From: a bacterium
GTDB taxonomy: Bacteria > SAR324 > NAC60-12
DNA length: 64,000 nucleotides
Direction of reading: 5' to 3'
NCBI GenBank assembly: GCA_965205865.1
Contig: CBDBHR010000030.1
Span: forward strand, 352,001 to 416,000
Made by a program: the position numbers and the translations under genes. How positions within the stretch are numbered: position 1 is the stretch's first letter; each line of letters opens with the position of its first letter. Under the pieces are notes generated by a model. It worked only from the letters and a program-made list of their open reading frames with translations. It had not been told where the DNA came from and ran no database searches. Positions 1 through 11,534 of the stretch are shown piece after piece.

Positions 1-1475
1 GGGTCGCTCCAGCTGTTTTTGGGGAGCATGACCTCATCGGGAACTTCAGGGCAACGGGTGACCACTTCAAATCCAAAAATGGCATCGGGCTGGGTGGGTT
101 GATTGTTGAGAGTACCCTGGTGAATCGCCTCCACGATGGTGCGAGTCAGGGAGAGTTTCATGCGGGAGCCGATGCCATAAGGTCCTCCGGACCATCCCGT
201 GTTGACCAACCAGACCTGCGCAGCGGTTTGACGGATTCGAGCCGCCAGCAGTTCGGCATATTTAGTTGGATTCCAGACCAGGAAGGCGGCTCCGAAACAT
301 GCGGAAAAGGTGGCTTGCGGTTCCTTCACTCCCATTTCGGTTCCCGCCACTTTGGCGGTATAGCCGCTGATGAAATGGTACATGGCTTGAGCCGGAGTCA
401 ACTTGCTCACGGGAGGTAACACGCCGAAGGCGTCACAAGTGAGAAAGATCACGTTTTTGGGGTGTCCGCCGAGACAAGGGATTTTTGCATGGGGAATGTA
501 GTCGATCGGATAGGAAGCACGGGTGTTTTCCGTGATGGCGCTGCTCATATAATCCACCTCCCGCGTATGGGGATCATAAACCACGTTCTCGAGAATGCTT
601 CCAAAGCGAATGGCACGAAAAATTTCAGGCTCTTTTTCCTCCAGAAGCCCGATACATTTGGCGTAACATCCTCCTTCAATGTTGAAAATACCCTCATCAC
701 TCCAACAGTGTTCATCATCACCGATTAGCTCGCGCCGGGACGCTGCGGAAAGGGTGGTTTTTCCCGTACCGGAAAGACCAAAAAATAAGGCAACCTCACC
801 AGTGGCGCCTTCGTTGGCCGAGCAATGCATCGACAAAACGTCTTGTTTGGGCATGAGGTAGTTCATGATGGTGAAAACCCCTTTCTTCATTTCACCTGCA
901 TATTGGGTTCCCAGAATGACCAATTCCCTGCTTTCAAAATTCAGATCGATGCTGGTAGAAGAGGTCATATGAGAGGTGAATTTATTGGCGGGAAATTCGC
1001 CTGCATTGTACACGGTATAATCCGCTTCTCCAAAGCCCGCTAATTCTTCCGGGGTGGGGCGAATGAGCATGTTGCGCATAAAAAGCGCATGATAGGGGCG
1101 GGAGCAAATTATCCGTACTTTGATACGGTACTTGGCATCCCAGCCTGCAAAGCCATCACATACATAAAGTCGCTCTCGGGTATTTAAATAATCAATGGCT
1201 CGCTCCCGGTTGATCTGAAAAGTGTGTTTGTCCAAGGCAACATTGATCTGTCCCCACCAAATGTGCTGTTCACTTTCAGGACCTTTGACAACTCTTTTGT
1301 CGTTAGGACTCCTTCCTGTTTTTTTCCCGGAGGAAACGATCAAAGCCCCTGTACGGGAGATAGCGGATTGTTTTTCGTATTTGATGGCTTCTTCATACAA
1401 GGTCGCAGGGGAGGCATTGCGCACAATGGTCTCCAATTGGATACCATGGATGTGAAGATTGAAGGGTGAAGACAT
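1..1475 (-). CDS. pckA: Phosphoenolpyruvate carboxykinase (ATP), 3' end runs off the window
   Basis: Manual minus-strand translation from ATG 1475: [11 protein letters not shown]..., [63 protein letters not shown]. Missing from the ORF track because its stop is outside the window. Confidence 0.95.
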   Translation of the reverse strand, partial: MSSPFNLHIHGIQLETIVRNASPATLYEEAIKYEKQSAISRTGALIVSSGKKTGRSPNDKRVVKGPESEQHIWWGQINVALDKHTFQINRERAIDYLNTRERLYVCDGFAGWDAKYRIKVRIICSRPYHALFMRNMLIRPTPEELAGFGEADYTVYNAGEFPANKFTSHMTSSTSIDLNFESRELVILGTQYAGEMKKGVFTIMNYLMPKQDVLSMHCSANEGATGEVALFFGLSGTGKTTLSAASRRELIGDDEHCWSDEGIFNIEGGCYAKCIGLLEEKEPEIFRAIRFGSILENVVYDPHTREVDYMSSAITENTRASYPIDYIPHAKIPCLGGHPKNVIFLTCDAFGVLPPVSKLTPAQAMYHFISGYTAKVAGTEMGVKEPQATFSACFGAAFLVWNPTKYAELLAARIRQTAAQVWLVNTGWSGGPYGIGSRMKLSLTRTIVEAIHQGTLNNQPTQPDAIFGFEVVTRCPEVPDEVMLPKNSWSD

Positions 1476-1634
1476 GAAATTCTCCGGGGGGTTCCTATTC
1501 CAACTCATGATCACGCCACAATGCATGACCCCCTTGCTTCAGGGTGGGTCGCTATGCTTTTCGCGTGAGAGTCGTAAATACAGGGTTGGTCTTGATTTTC
1601 CAAACTTTCAAGCCTGACTGCAAATCTACGCGGA

Positions 1635-2225
1635 TCATTTATTTTTTTCAACCGTTCTGAGAATCTTTCCAAGGGTCGTTAAAGAACAGGAATATTTGGC
1701 AGCTAATTTTTGTTGAGGAATTTTATCCTGGAAATATTCCCTGGTAATCTCGCTCTCGTGTTTCCAAGCTTTCGATCTTTTACGCTTGCCAAACGGAAGG
1801 GCTTTGATTCCTTTAGACTTGAGAATTGCAGCGATGTTTCCCGGCGAGACTCCATATTTTGCAGCAAGTTTTACAGTGGATGTTCCACCCCGCTTGTATT
1901 CCACTGCAATTTCGTCTGCATATTCCCAGATTTGCGATTTTTTTTGACCCCCTCTCGAGCGAAGATTCACGCCACCTGCTTTGAGAATTTCACTAATGGT
2001 TTGGTGGGAAACGTCAATCCGGAGAGTCGTCTTCACCCATGGAACGAGATCTCGAAGGGATTTACCTGATTGATATGCTTTCGTGATTTCAGCGGAATGC
2101 TGCCAGGCCCAACTTTGTTTGGGTCGTCGCATATTTTTGCGTCTGACTGTTTCTTGGAAAGCCCCTCCCTGTTTCCTTTTTAAGTTTCCTGCGTCACCAG
2201 CTGTTTTTTTCTTAGTTTGGCTCAT
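1635..2225 (-). CDS. Basic protein with three tandem helix-turn-helix-like repeats
   Basis: Three repeats of S-x-[AI]-W-x(4)-EI-x(3)-Y...L...S...[IL]-x2-IL; K/R-rich; GGAG RBS upstream. Confidence 0.7.
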   Translation of the reverse strand: MSQTKKKTAGDAGNLKRKQGGAFQETVRRKNMRRPKQSWAWQHSAEITKAYQSGKSLRDLVPWVKTTLRIDVSHQTISEILKAGGVNLRSRGGQKKSQIWEYADEIAVEYKRGGTSTVKLAAKYGVSPGNIAAILKSKGIKALPFGKRKRSKAWKHESEITREYFQDKIPQQKLAAKYSCSLTTLGKILRTVEKNK

Positions 2226-2526
2226 ACTCCGACTCTGTTGCCCTTGAACAAAAAATTGTTTGAATGATTAAAATAATCTTAAAACGTTATCCATAATATT
2301 TGAAAGTCACTTCTTTTACAAATGAAAACTGTTTTTATTAGAAATGGGAAATACGCTCGACGAATCATGTGGGATAATAGTCGCTCTTGAAAGAATTATA
2401 TGAAAGTGGAATGCTATGATTATATGCAAAGCCTTGAATTTATTTTGTTCCCTTTTTTACCATTTTTAAAACATAAATATTCAAAGCGGAGAATATTCTA
2501 CCATTGAATTTGAGGAGATAAATAAT

Positions 2527-2680
2527 ATGGATAAGGTTGTACATTTTGAAATTCCCTTCGATGATTCTGAAATATCAATTAAATTTTACCAAGACATCTT
2601 TGGCTGGAAAATAAACTAAGCTGGAGAGATGCCTTACTGCTTGGCGGGCACTGTAAAAACTGACGAGAATATGATGCCTG
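2527..2680 (+). pseudogene. VOC/glyoxalase family protein, N-terminal remnant with internal stop
   Basis: GAGGAG RBS, then MDKVVHFEIPFDD...FYQDIFGWKIN*AGEMPY...TDENMMP; TAA at 2617-2619; truncated at the junction with the polB fragment. Confidence 0.7.
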
Positions 2681-3226
2681 AAACTGGAATTTGAGAAACT
2701 CTACTCAAAGCTCTTCCTGCCATCTGTTCGCCATGGCGCTGCCGGCGCGAGAAAACGTTATGCCGGCCTCATCGACGGTCACAAAGAGGTTGAATTCACC
2801 GGAATGGAAGTCGTGCGTCGGGATTGGACGGAACTTGCCAAGGACGTACAGCGTGAACTCTACAAGAGACTTTTCGCAGGGGAACCAGTAGAAGGTTATC
2901 TCGCAGATATCACGACCTCGCTGCGCAAAGGCGAACTCGACCACAAACTGGTTTATCGCAAGGGACTGAGAAAGAGCCTGGCGTCATACACGGCCAATAC
3001 GCCTCCACACGTTGCCGCAGCACGCAAATCGAGTAATCCGGGCCGCGTCGTTTCATACTTGATGACCGTCGCCGGCCCCGAACCCCTGGATGCGCTGCAG
3101 AACAGCCCGGACCGCCAACACTATCTCGACAAGCAAATCCGACCGGTCGCGGAACCGGTACTTGCCGTCCTTGGTCTCGACTTCGACGGGACCATCAGTG
3201 ATAATCGACAGATGTCGCTGTTTTAG
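2681..3226 (+). pseudogene. polB: DNA polymerase II (family B), C-terminal fragment only
   Basis: KLEFEKLY...RKRYAG...FTGMEVVRRDWT...LVYRKGLRK...PPHVAAARK...HYLDKQIRPVAE, ending in the clamp-binding motif QMSLF. The exonuclease and most of the polymerase domain are absent. Confidence 0.85.
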
Positions 3227-3293
3227 TTCAAGGATGGCAAGAATTGGCCGCGTAGCTGCGGAATGTGCTCCGGTTTCGACATAGACAGTCCTC

Positions 3294-3770
3294 TTAAATG
3301 TCCACTTGTTGAGGAAATTCAGGAATCAACGAGGATTGTCTCAACTCGCCTTGGGAATCATAGAATTGCATTGTCCCGTTTTCCGTGCAAACCCAACACT
3401 CTTTCGCCCCTTGATTGAAGTACAACTGCCGTTTTTCCGCCATCTCCTCCTCGTCGTTTGAAGGAGAAAGCACCTCAATACAAATCATAGGGGCGCTTGA
3501 AGCGGAAAACTCATTTTTGACCAATTCAGCTTGATCTTTGGTGAGCCATACAACATCAGGCACTTTGGTACCTTTGCTCGTTTCCAAGGGAAATTCAAAA
3601 AGAGTCATGCCATCCGGTTTGAAGGTTTCCAGTAGTTGGATAATGGCTTTTTGATAAAATAAATGTTTGATACTGACAGGACTCATTTCTATTTTCCCTT
3701 TTTTATTTAACTCAATTTTATAGGGTAAATCCCTTAAATTTTTATCGTCGCAGAGTTCTTGCCAGTTCAT
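3294..3770 (-). CDS. Uma2 family (PD-(D/E)XK) endonuclease
   Basis: LPYKIELN...GKIEMSP, KVPDVVW, APMICIEVLSPSN, KRQLYFNQGAKECW. Confidence 0.9.
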   Translation of the reverse strand: MNWQELCDDKNLRDLPYKIELNKKGKIEMSPVSIKHLFYQKAIIQLLETFKPDGMTLFEFPLETSKGTKVPDVVWLTKDQAELVKNEFSASSAPMICIEVLSPSNDEEEMAEKRQLYFNQGAKECWVCTENGTMQFYDSQGELRQSSLIPEFPQQVDI

Positions 3771-3819
3771 TAATGCTCCCTGTGAAACAAAGATTTTTCA
3801 AAATTTTCAGATTCACTTC

Positions 3820-3847
3820 ATTTTATTGAAATTCTATGGGCTGTCAA
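3820..3847 (-). promoter_or_regulatory. Putative sigma70 promoter for the Uma2 gene
   Basis: Minus strand TTGACA-N16-TAAAAT about 50 bp upstream of the ATG. Confidence 0.45.
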
Positions 3848-3986
3848 CATTAACAATCGCTGTCGGAGTTGCTTGCAACCCGTGGCAATGTCCGGTAATT
3901 GTAAGAAATCAAGACAGGCTTGGTAGAGAAATTTTTGGATTTTATAAAATTTAAAAAGATGAACAGGAATAATGTTGAAGAGCTTG

Positions 3987-4688
3987 TCAGGAATTGGATG
4001 GATGGTCCTGGAAACGATAGCCCACTCCCCGTACGGTGACGATGCGTCGCCCATAATCGCCCAGTTTTTTGCGGAGCCCCACGATTTGCACGTCCACAGA
4101 ACGATCCGTCACGTTATAATCATCTCCCCGTACCGCTTCAACAATTTGATAACGGGTGTAGACCCATCCCGGTCGAGAGGTGAGCAGATACAAAATTTGA
4201 AACTCCGTATAAGTCAAATCAACAGGATTTTCGCCAATCAACACTTCGTGTCGTCCGGGATGAATTTCAAGTTCCTGAATGCGTACAGTATCGACCGTGT
4301 CAATAGATTTCTGCAATTTGCGCCTTAATGTCGTACGTACCCTGGCAATCAGGATTTTGGGTGAAAAAGGTTTTGTGACATAGTCATCTGCGCCCAGTTC
4401 CAGTCCCGTGATAATGTCCGATTCTCCGCTCTTGGCAGTAAGAATGATCACCGGAATGGACTGTGTTTGACGATCGTTTTTCAGTAACCTGCATACTTCC
4501 AATCCATCAATGCCGGGCAGCATCAAGTCCAGAAGAATTAAATGTGGCTGCAGGTATTGGGCGGTTTTAAGCGTTTCTTCACCCGACGTGATTATGCTGA
4601 TTCGATACCCTTCTTTTTGAAGGTTGTATTTCAACACCTCGCAAATATCCACTTCATCTTCGACAATCAGGATTTTTTCTCTCGACAT
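3987..4688 (-). CDS. phoB: OmpR/PhoB-family response regulator
   Basis: Receiver domain (VEDE, LLDLMLPGIDG, GADDYVTKPFS) plus winged helix (LTYTEF, RSVDVQIVGLRKKLG, TVRGVGYRF); last gene of the pst operon. Confidence 0.88.
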   Translation of the reverse strand: MSREKILIVEDEVDICEVLKYNLQKEGYRISIITSGEETLKTAQYLQPHLILLDLMLPGIDGLEVCRLLKNDRQTQSIPVIILTAKSGESDIITGLELGADDYVTKPFSPKILIARVRTTLRRKLQKSIDTVDTVRIQELEIHPGRHEVLIGENPVDLTYTEFQILYLLTSRPGWVYTRYQIVEAVRGDDYNVTDRSVDVQIVGLRKKLGDYGRRIVTVRGVGYRFQDHPSNS

Positions 4689-4775
4689 GGCTCTTGCTCG
4701 CCGCAGTGATTATCTTGCAATCAGGGACGCTCTTTCCAACCCTCGCTTCTCAGGCTGTCCGGTTTTCCACGGGTT

Positions 4776-5441
4776 TTACAGTTTTTTGTGACGAACAATT
4801 TTACCACTGGCATTGTAAATCGCGTCTTCCGCAATTTTCTTGGCATGGTCCGCGATATTTTCCAGGTGACCGGCAATCGTCCATAATGCGAGCAGACTTT
4901 CCGTATGTTCCGGCTTTTGCTCGAGTGTTTGTTGAATTTGGGCGCACACCGTTTCGTGCATCCCATCGATTTCCTCTTCGGCCTTACCTACTTCATTGGC
5001 CAGTTTCACATCCAGATTGATCAGTGATTCCAGACCGTTTTTGACAGTCCACTGGACCCGTTCGGTCATCCCCTTCCAGTCGAATTCCAAAACAACCTCC
5101 GGGCGTTCGCACAGGGAAAGCACGGATTGGGCGATGTCTCTCGATAAATCCCCAATGCGTTCCAGATCGTTATCGCTTTTCAACAAGGAAATGATCAGAC
5201 GCAAGTCCCGGGAAACCGGTTGGTAGAGAGCGAGGATTTTCAGACATTCCTCTTCCACGTCGATCTCTATCTGATCCACCCGGTGGTCAGTTTCAATCAC
5301 CCCTTGCGCCAGATTGCGGTCTCTGGCTTCCAGGGATTGGATCGCCTCCTGCAAGTTTTTTTGCACAATGGCGCTCAATGACAAAATGAGCTGGCTCAAT
5401 TTATTCGTTTCCCGGTCAAATCGGTCAAAATGGATAGGCAT
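4776..5441 (-). CDS. phoU: Phosphate signalling protein PhoU
   Basis: QPVSRDLR, DLERIGDL, LENIADHAKKIAE; follows pstB. Confidence 0.93.
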   Translation of the reverse strand: MPIHFDRFDRETNKLSQLILSLSAIVQKNLQEAIQSLEARDRNLAQGVIETDHRVDQIEIDVEEECLKILALYQPVSRDLRLIISLLKSDNDLERIGDLSRDIAQSVLSLCERPEVVLEFDWKGMTERVQWTVKNGLESLINLDVKLANEVGKAEEEIDGMHETVCAQIQQTLEQKPEHTESLLALWTIAGHLENIADHAKKIAEDAIYNASGKIVRHKKL

Positions 5442-5461
5442 GATCTGGTTTCTCCTGCAGT

Positions 5462-6247
5462 TTATCCAAAACGTCCGGTGATATAATCATCGGTCCGGGG
5501 GTCGCGGGGTGTTTGGAAGATCTGATTGGTGCGATTGTATTCGATCAGCACTCCTTCATAAAAGAAGGCCGTGTGATTGGAAACCCGTCCGGCTTGCTGC
5601 ATATTATGGGTGACGATGACAATGGTATAATCCCCGCGCAGTTCTGCAATTAAATCTTCGATACGGGCTGTCGAGCGGGGGTCGAGGGCGGAGCACGGTT
5701 CGTCCATCAGGATGATTTCCGGATTCACCGCCACGGCCCGGGCGATACACAGACGCTGCATCTGGCCTCCGGAAAGACCCAGGGCGGATGCATGGAGGCG
5801 GTCCTTCACTTCATCCCACAAAGCCGCACGTTTCAAACTCCGCTCCATGTTTTCATCGAGCGCATGCCGGTCCGTGATACCACCGATGCGCAAACCGTAG
5901 ACCACATTTTCATAAATTGTTTTGGGAAAAGGGGTGTATTTTTGAAAAACCATTCCCACCCGGCGCCGCAATTGGATCACGTCGAGGGTGGGGGTGTTGA
6001 TTTCGATATCGTCCAATTTGAGGCTACCCTCGATATGCACCCCGTCTATCAGATCATTCATCCGGTTCAGACAACGCAAAAATGTCGATTTGCCGCATCC
6101 GGAAGGACCAATCAAAGCGGTGACCTGATTGCGAGGAATTTGAAAAGCGACATCGAAAAGCGCCTGTGCCTGGCCATAAAACAAATTCAATTTGTCCACT
6201 ACAACAATGGGATTCGAGATATTCTGGTCGATCACCTCGGTTGTCAT
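5462..6247 (-). CDS. pstB: Phosphate ABC transporter ATPase
   Basis: [41 protein letters not shown]; start MTTEVID at 6247 preferred. Confidence 0.96.
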   Translation of the reverse strand: MTTEVIDQNISNPIVVVDKLNLFYGQAQALFDVAFQIPRNQVTALIGPSGCGKSTFLRCLNRMNDLIDGVHIEGSLKLDDIEINTPTLDVIQLRRRVGMVFQKYTPFPKTIYENVVYGLRIGGITDRHALDENMERSLKRAALWDEVKDRLHASALGLSGGQMQRLCIARAVAVNPEIILMDEPCSALDPRSTARIEDLIAELRGDYTIVIVTHNMQQAGRVSNHTAFFYEGVLIEYNRTNQIFQTPRDPRTDDYITGRFG

Positions 6248-6261
6248 AGAGCATCTCCGGA

Positions 6262-7887
6262 TCAAAACTCACGAATGGTGTAGCGTTTCCGCATTTGATT
6301 TCTTAAATAAATCGCCACGCTGCTCATCATCAAAACTATGAGCACCAGTAGAAATGTGGTGACAAAAACCATCGGTTTTGCCGCTTCCACGTTAGGAGAT
6401 TGAAATCCCACGTCGTAAATGTGAAATCCCAAGTGCATGAACTTCCGTTCCAAATGCGCAAAGGGGAAATTCCCATCGACGGCGAGGGAGGGAGCCAACT
6501 TGACCACTCCGGTGATCATCAAGGGAGCAACCTCCCCGGCAGCACGGGCCATTGCCAGGATAAAACCGGTCATAATCCCTGGTGAAGACATTGGAATAAT
6601 AATGCGCAGAAGGGTTTGTAATTTGGTTGCGCCCAGAGCCAGGGAGGCTTCCCGGAGACTCACCGGAACCGCTCCCAGTGCTTCTTCGGTGGCGACAATG
6701 ACAACGGGGACAGTTAAAAGCCCTAAGGTCAGGCTGGCCCAGAGGATGCCTCCGGTGCCAAAAGTCGGGGTTGGTAGTCGTTCCGGGAAAAAGAGGCGAT
6801 CCATCAGACCTCCGACGCCATAAACAAAAAAGCCGAGTCCAAAGATACCATAAACGATCGATGGGATCCCGGCCATATTGTTTACGGCAATACGCACCAG
6901 CCTCAACGCCATCCCCTCTTTCGCATATTCCCGCAGATAAATTGCAGTGATTACCCCCAAAGGGAAAGATAAAAAGCTCATTATGAACACCATCATGACA
7001 GTTCCGAAAATGGCTGGAAACAACCCTCCTTCCGTATTTGCTTCCCGTGGTTCCTCCGTAAGCAATTCGCTCACTTTTTTCAAATAAAACCGTATTTTGT
7101 TTCCAATTGACATTTGATTGGGACGGTAGGCCTGCACGATATTCACAATAGGGATCACAAGGGTTTGACCGGATGCATCGCTGAAAACCGATTGGTATGG
7201 AGCAAGTTCCGTGCGTACCAACTGCTGTCTTACCAGCAAGTTTTCGAAATTTTGCTCCAGTCGGGTGAATTTTTCTCGCAATGTCCGATACGTTTCCGTT
7301 GTTTCCGGAACCTCCTTGTATTTCAGTGCCAGTTCCTCGTTGCGCAGTTTCTCCATCAGCCCGGCCAATTTGAAAATCTCTTCATTGACAGGAATGAGGG
7401 CTTTTTGTTTTTCGCGAGTCGCCTCTATCACTTTTTCCAGGTTTTTCCAGTTGGGAGTCGCTTGTTCGAACCCCGGAGCGGAAATTTCTTCCAAATACCC
7501 ATAGAAGTTACCATATTCTGTTCGTTCCAGAACAATAATTTCAGGAGGAATACTTTTTTCTTCAATCGCGTCTTCCTCCACCCAGCGAAAATCCAAGTTA
7601 TAGAGGTCGCGGTTGCCCACTTTCAATTGCAGACGGTTTTTTCCGGTTTGGGGATGGACCTGCTCCGCTTTTTGTTCCCCCAAGATCCGTGTTTCATCTT
7701 TTAAAGTGAGTAGAGAAACATTCGATGGCCAAAAAACGCCCAGTCCGTTGTACATGATCACTGATACGAGGATAAGGGCAATGAGCATAATGATGCCTAA
7801 AGCAACACCGGTACCCCACACCAGGGGTTCTCCGACTTTCCAGAAAGGACGATTCTCTCCGGGATTTCGACTATTGGAATTGACCAT
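6262..7887 (-). CDS. pstA: Phosphate ABC transporter permease PstA (long form)
   Basis: [52 protein letters not shown]. Confidence 0.94.
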   Translation of the reverse strand: MVNSNSRNPGENRPFWKVGEPLVWGTGVALGIIMLIALILVSVIMYNGLGVFWPSNVSLLTLKDETRILGEQKAEQVHPQTGKNRLQLKVGNRDLYNLDFRWVEEDAIEEKSIPPEIIVLERTEYGNFYGYLEEISAPGFEQATPNWKNLEKVIEATREKQKALIPVNEEIFKLAGLMEKLRNEELALKYKEVPETTETYRTLREKFTRLEQNFENLLVRQQLVRTELAPYQSVFSDASGQTLVIPIVNIVQAYRPNQMSIGNKIRFYLKKVSELLTEEPREANTEGGLFPAIFGTVMMVFIMSFLSFPLGVITAIYLREYAKEGMALRLVRIAVNNMAGIPSIVYGIFGLGFFVYGVGGLMDRLFFPERLPTPTFGTGGILWASLTLGLLTVPVVIVATEEALGAVPVSLREASLALGATKLQTLLRIIIPMSSPGIMTGFILAMARAAGEVAPLMITGVVKLAPSLAVDGNFPFAHLERKFMHLGFHIYDVGFQSPNVEAAKPMVFVTTFLLVLIVLMMSSVAIYLRNQMRKRYTIREF

Positions 7888-10186
7888 ATTTTTTTCTCAA
7901 ACGTTGACGAATGATTTCCGCAATCGTGTTCAAAATGGAGGTCAATAAAAACAAAACCACTGCGGACAAAAAGAGAATTCGATACAAGGTGCCATCCACC
8001 GGCGCCTCGGGTAGTTCCACGGCAATGTTTGCGGCAAGCGTGCGCATTCCATTCAAGATGCTCCAGTCGAGAATAGGCGTATTACCTGTTGCCATCAAAA
8101 CTACCATCGTTTCACCAGCAGCACGCCCGAATCCGATAATGCAAGCGGCGAAGATGCCGGGACTGGCAGAAGGAATGACGATTCGCCAAACAGTTTGCCA
8201 TCGACTGGCACCGAGAGCCAGGGAGGCATATTTCAAACTGGCGGGGACATTGGTCAAGGCGTCTTCCGATATGGTGAAAATTATGGGAATGACCATGAAT
8301 CCCAATCCAAAGGCGATGATCACGCTATTTCGCTGCTCATAACGAACTCCCAGTTCGTTGAAAAGCCACTGGTTGAAATCTCCTGCAAAAAAGATCTGCT
8401 GGGCTAATTCCTGAAAAGGAAGAGTTGCTAAGCAGGCCACGATTATAACAGGTATCAGTAATAAAAATTCATATCCTTTTGCCTCGATCCACTTAGCCCA
8501 GTTCTGATGGCGTACCAGAAACCACGCAGCCACAAACAATAGCGTGGCCAGGGGAATGAAAAACAAAGAGAGAAAAAATGCCAACACGTAATCTTCCACA
8601 ATTGGCGCTAACCACAATGCGATCATGAATCCAATGATTACGGAAGGCATTGCTGCCATCACTTCTACACCGGGTTTGATAAAACGGCGAAAGGATTCGT
8701 TGGCAAACTGGCTGGTATAAATGGCGCCGAACAGGGCGAGAGGGATGGCCAGAAACATTGCGTAAAACGTACCTTTGAAGCTTCCGAATATCAGAGGTAC
8801 CAAACTGAATTTCGGTTCAAAATCATCACTTGCCGAAGACGATTGCCATACATAATCGGGTGCCGGGTAATCTTCATACAACACTTTACCAAAGAGGGTT
8901 TTCCAACTGATTTCCGGATGGGGATTTTCCACTTTCCAAAGAGTAACCAGGTTTCGGGCATCCATGGCAAGCAATCCGTTACCGCGGGGGGCGGTGTTAA
9001 AAATTTTGATCCTTTGTTCTGTCACGGAATCTTTAGAACGATTGGGTAGGACTTCCGCTTCAAATCGTAACAATTGTCGTTCCGTTGTCGTGTGGTCCCA
9101 ATGAATGATTCCCTCTTCATCGAGACTCAACAATGATTTGTCCACTCGAGATGGGATCAGCTGTATCACAGGACTGCTATGGGAAGGCAACGTATGCGCA
9201 CGTTGGAGAATCTTGCGAGTTTCATTTTGGGGATCGGGCACCAAAAACCAGGTGGTCACCTGACCTTTCTTGTCCCCAACTGCCAGGGATATGTCTCCAA
9301 AAACCAAATTGAGGGCTGTGATGTTTCGCTTATTGCGGAAGGCAGTAAAATTTTGCAAAAGCACCGGTTCTCCTGGTTCCTCCAAAGACCAGTGCCACAA
9401 TTCTCCCTGATCGGTGGCGGCATAGAGATTCCGGCTCGCGCCATCCATGGTAAAAAAAGTAAAGTTGCCGGAAGGCGTTTCTTGCAAAGAGGCTGTATAG
9501 GATTCTGTTTGCTGATTCCCTAAAAAATCTTCTTCGACGATTCTCTGCGTGATTTCAATACGATTTCGAGGAAAGAGCTGGACGAGGGTGTGCCGCGGTT
9601 CATCATCTTCGGGAAGCGAGGCGCGCGCGAGTGTTTTTAAGGGGATACCTTTGCCATTTGCCGGAAACGAGGCGACTTCCAGCAAATCATGAATGGTGTG
9701 TCTGCCCTTTTCCGTAAATTGCGGTATGAATTGAACCTGAAGAACGCTGGCGGAATGATCTTGCCAGACAAGGCTGAAGAGGTTCTGTCCATAAAACTCG
9801 ACGTTTTGGATTCTGAGTGCCGTATCGGTAGGGGGTTGACTTTGTTTTTGAAGCAGGATGGTTCCTTCCTTCAAATCATAAAAATGCCAGAGCCCCCTTT
9901 TATCCAGGAAAGAACCTGTTTCCAGATACTCGTCCATCGCGGCACTGAGAAATCCATCGGACCCGTGCTGCTTCACCTGAAACCGGGCCAGGATTTCCTG
10001 ACCCGGAGGTAGAAAAAGAGGAAGGGATACGGATGCAATCAGAAAAAGAATCCCAATCACGCAGATGATGACCAGGATACCTCCTGTTACGATCAAATAG
10101 CGGGCTGCGGTGTCCCACGCTTTTGCCCGCTTGAATACGCGTTCATTGATTGAAGTCGAAGGACGCCGATACGGGAAGGTGAACAT
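7871..10186 (-). CDS. pstC: Phosphate ABC transporter permease PstC (long form with large extracytoplasmic domain)
   Basis: YVWQSS...FEPKFSLVPLIFGS, AMPSVIIG, ASLALGASRWQT, GRAAGETMVVLMATGNTP. Confidence 0.92.
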   Translation of the reverse strand: MFTFPYRRPSTSINERVFKRAKAWDTAARYLIVTGGILVIICVIGILFLIASVSLPLFLPPGQEILARFQVKQHGSDGFLSAAMDEYLETGSFLDKRGLWHFYDLKEGTILLQKQSQPPTDTALRIQNVEFYGQNLFSLVWQDHSASVLQVQFIPQFTEKGRHTIHDLLEVASFPANGKGIPLKTLARASLPEDDEPRHTLVQLFPRNRIEITQRIVEEDFLGNQQTESYTASLQETPSGNFTFFTMDGASRNLYAATDQGELWHWSLEEPGEPVLLQNFTAFRNKRNITALNLVFGDISLAVGDKKGQVTTWFLVPDPQNETRKILQRAHTLPSHSSPVIQLIPSRVDKSLLSLDEEGIIHWDHTTTERQLLRFEAEVLPNRSKDSVTEQRIKIFNTAPRGNGLLAMDARNLVTLWKVENPHPEISWKTLFGKVLYEDYPAPDYVWQSSSASDDFEPKFSLVPLIFGSFKGTFYAMFLAIPLALFGAIYTSQFANESFRRFIKPGVEVMAAMPSVIIGFMIALWLAPIVEDYVLAFFLSLFFIPLATLLFVAAWFLVRHQNWAKWIEAKGYEFLLLIPVIIVACLATLPFQELAQQIFFAGDFNQWLFNELGVRYEQRNSVIIAFGLGFMVIPIIFTISEDALTNVPASLKYASLALGASRWQTVWRIVIPSASPGIFAACIIGFGRAAGETMVVLMATGNTPILDWSILNGMRTLAANIAVELPEAPVDGTLYRILFLSAVVLFLLTSILNTIAEIIRQRLRKKYGQFQ

Positions 10187-10205
10187 AAACGGCCTTTCAA
10201 ACCAA

Positions 10206-11196
10206 TTACATCATTTTCTCTCCAAGGAGTTCCAACTGTTTTTTCACAACCTCTCCGGGAAGTGGCAGGTAGCCGTCTTTGACTACGATTTCTTGTCCTT
10301 GTTTTGACAAGACGAATTTCAGATACTCCAAGGTGCGCTTCGGTAGCGGTTTCCCCGGTTCTTTCGCCACATAGATATAAAGCATGCGGGCCAGTGGGTA
10401 TTTACCGGAAAGCACATTGGCATAATTCGGCTCGTAAGCATCTTCGCCTTTTTTCTTGGATAAGGGCAGGGCGCGGACGCCGGAAGTTTGATAACCAATT
10501 CCGGAATATCCGATTCCTCCTAATTCTTCCGTCACGCCCAACACAACGGAGGCTGACCCGGGCTGTTCTTTCACTGTACTCTTGAAATCACCCTTGAACA
10601 ACGCATTGGATTTGAAATATCCATAGGTTCCGGATGCGGAATTACGACCGTAGAGACTGATGGCGCGATTTGTCCAATACCCTGAAAGTCCTAATTGGTC
10701 CCAGGTCGTCACATCCAGGTGTCCCCCTTTGCGGGTACTGGAGAAAATAGCATCCACTTCTTCCAACGACAATGCTTCGATGGGATTGTCTTTGTTAACA
10801 AAAACAGCCAGAGAGTCCAGTGCCACTCCAATTGCTGTCGGCTTGAAACCATACTTATTCTCGAAGGAGTTGACTTCTTTTCTCTTCATTTTGCGTGACA
10901 TCGGCCCTAATTGCGAAACACCTTCGATCAATGCAGGTGGCGCGGTACTGGAGCCTTTCCCTTCTATTTGCGCATTCACGCCAGGATATTCTTTCCGAAA
11001 TGATTCGGCCCATAGGGTCATCAGGTTGTTCAGACGTATCTGAACCAACGCTGCTCAAATTTCCGGCAACACCTGATGTTTTTGAATAATCCAACAATCT
11101 ATCATCCACCTTTGCCTGTCCCCACACGACAGAGGCGCCAAACAAAATTCCTCCTGTCAACAATACGCTTGCTGAATTTCTCAGAAAATTCTTCAT
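10206..11196 (-). pseudogene. pstS: Phosphate-binding protein PstS, split by a +1 frameshift at 11034 (real or sequencing error)
   Basis: Signal peptide and GNLSSVGSDT in one frame; LNNLMTLWAE...IEGKGSSTAP...GRNSASGTYGYF in another. Removing the base at 11034 restores SSVGSDTLNNLMTLWAE. Confidence 0.9.
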
Positions 11197-11298
11197 CTAA
11201 TACTCCTTTCGATTCAAATCGGATTCAATCATGATGGAACAACAAAATGATGCCCCACATTCCAAACTTCCTGGTTGGAACAAGCGTATTTTAGGAAC

Positions 11299-11343
11299 TG
11301 ATTGTTACTTGATTATTAGCAAATGATTAAATTCAAATTAAAC
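11299..11343 (-). promoter_or_regulatory. Putative Pho box (four direct repeats with 11-bp period) upstream of pstS
   Basis: Minus strand TTTAATTTGAA TTTAATCATTT GCTAATAATCA AGTAACAATCA; cores at + positions 11337, 11326, 11315, 11304. Confidence 0.55.
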
Positions 11344-11534
11344 ATTAATTCGATGCTGTTTCAAATGAGAGGTCGAAAAAGTTGTGTTTTTGATTATTTT
11401 ATAACCCTTGTGCTTTTTATTTAATCATTCCTACGCCCCACCAACATCGCCTTTTTTACTCAATGAAAAATTATTTTTATGAAATGATAAATAATATCAG
11501 TTTGTTGAAATTTAATTATTTGAAGGGCGGTATC

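Noticed and set aside
99-1469. Several + strand ORFs in the track
   Set aside because: Antisense shadows of pckA.
6262-10186. Unusually long PstA and PstC
   Set aside because: Long forms with extracytoplasmic domains are known in other Proteobacteria.
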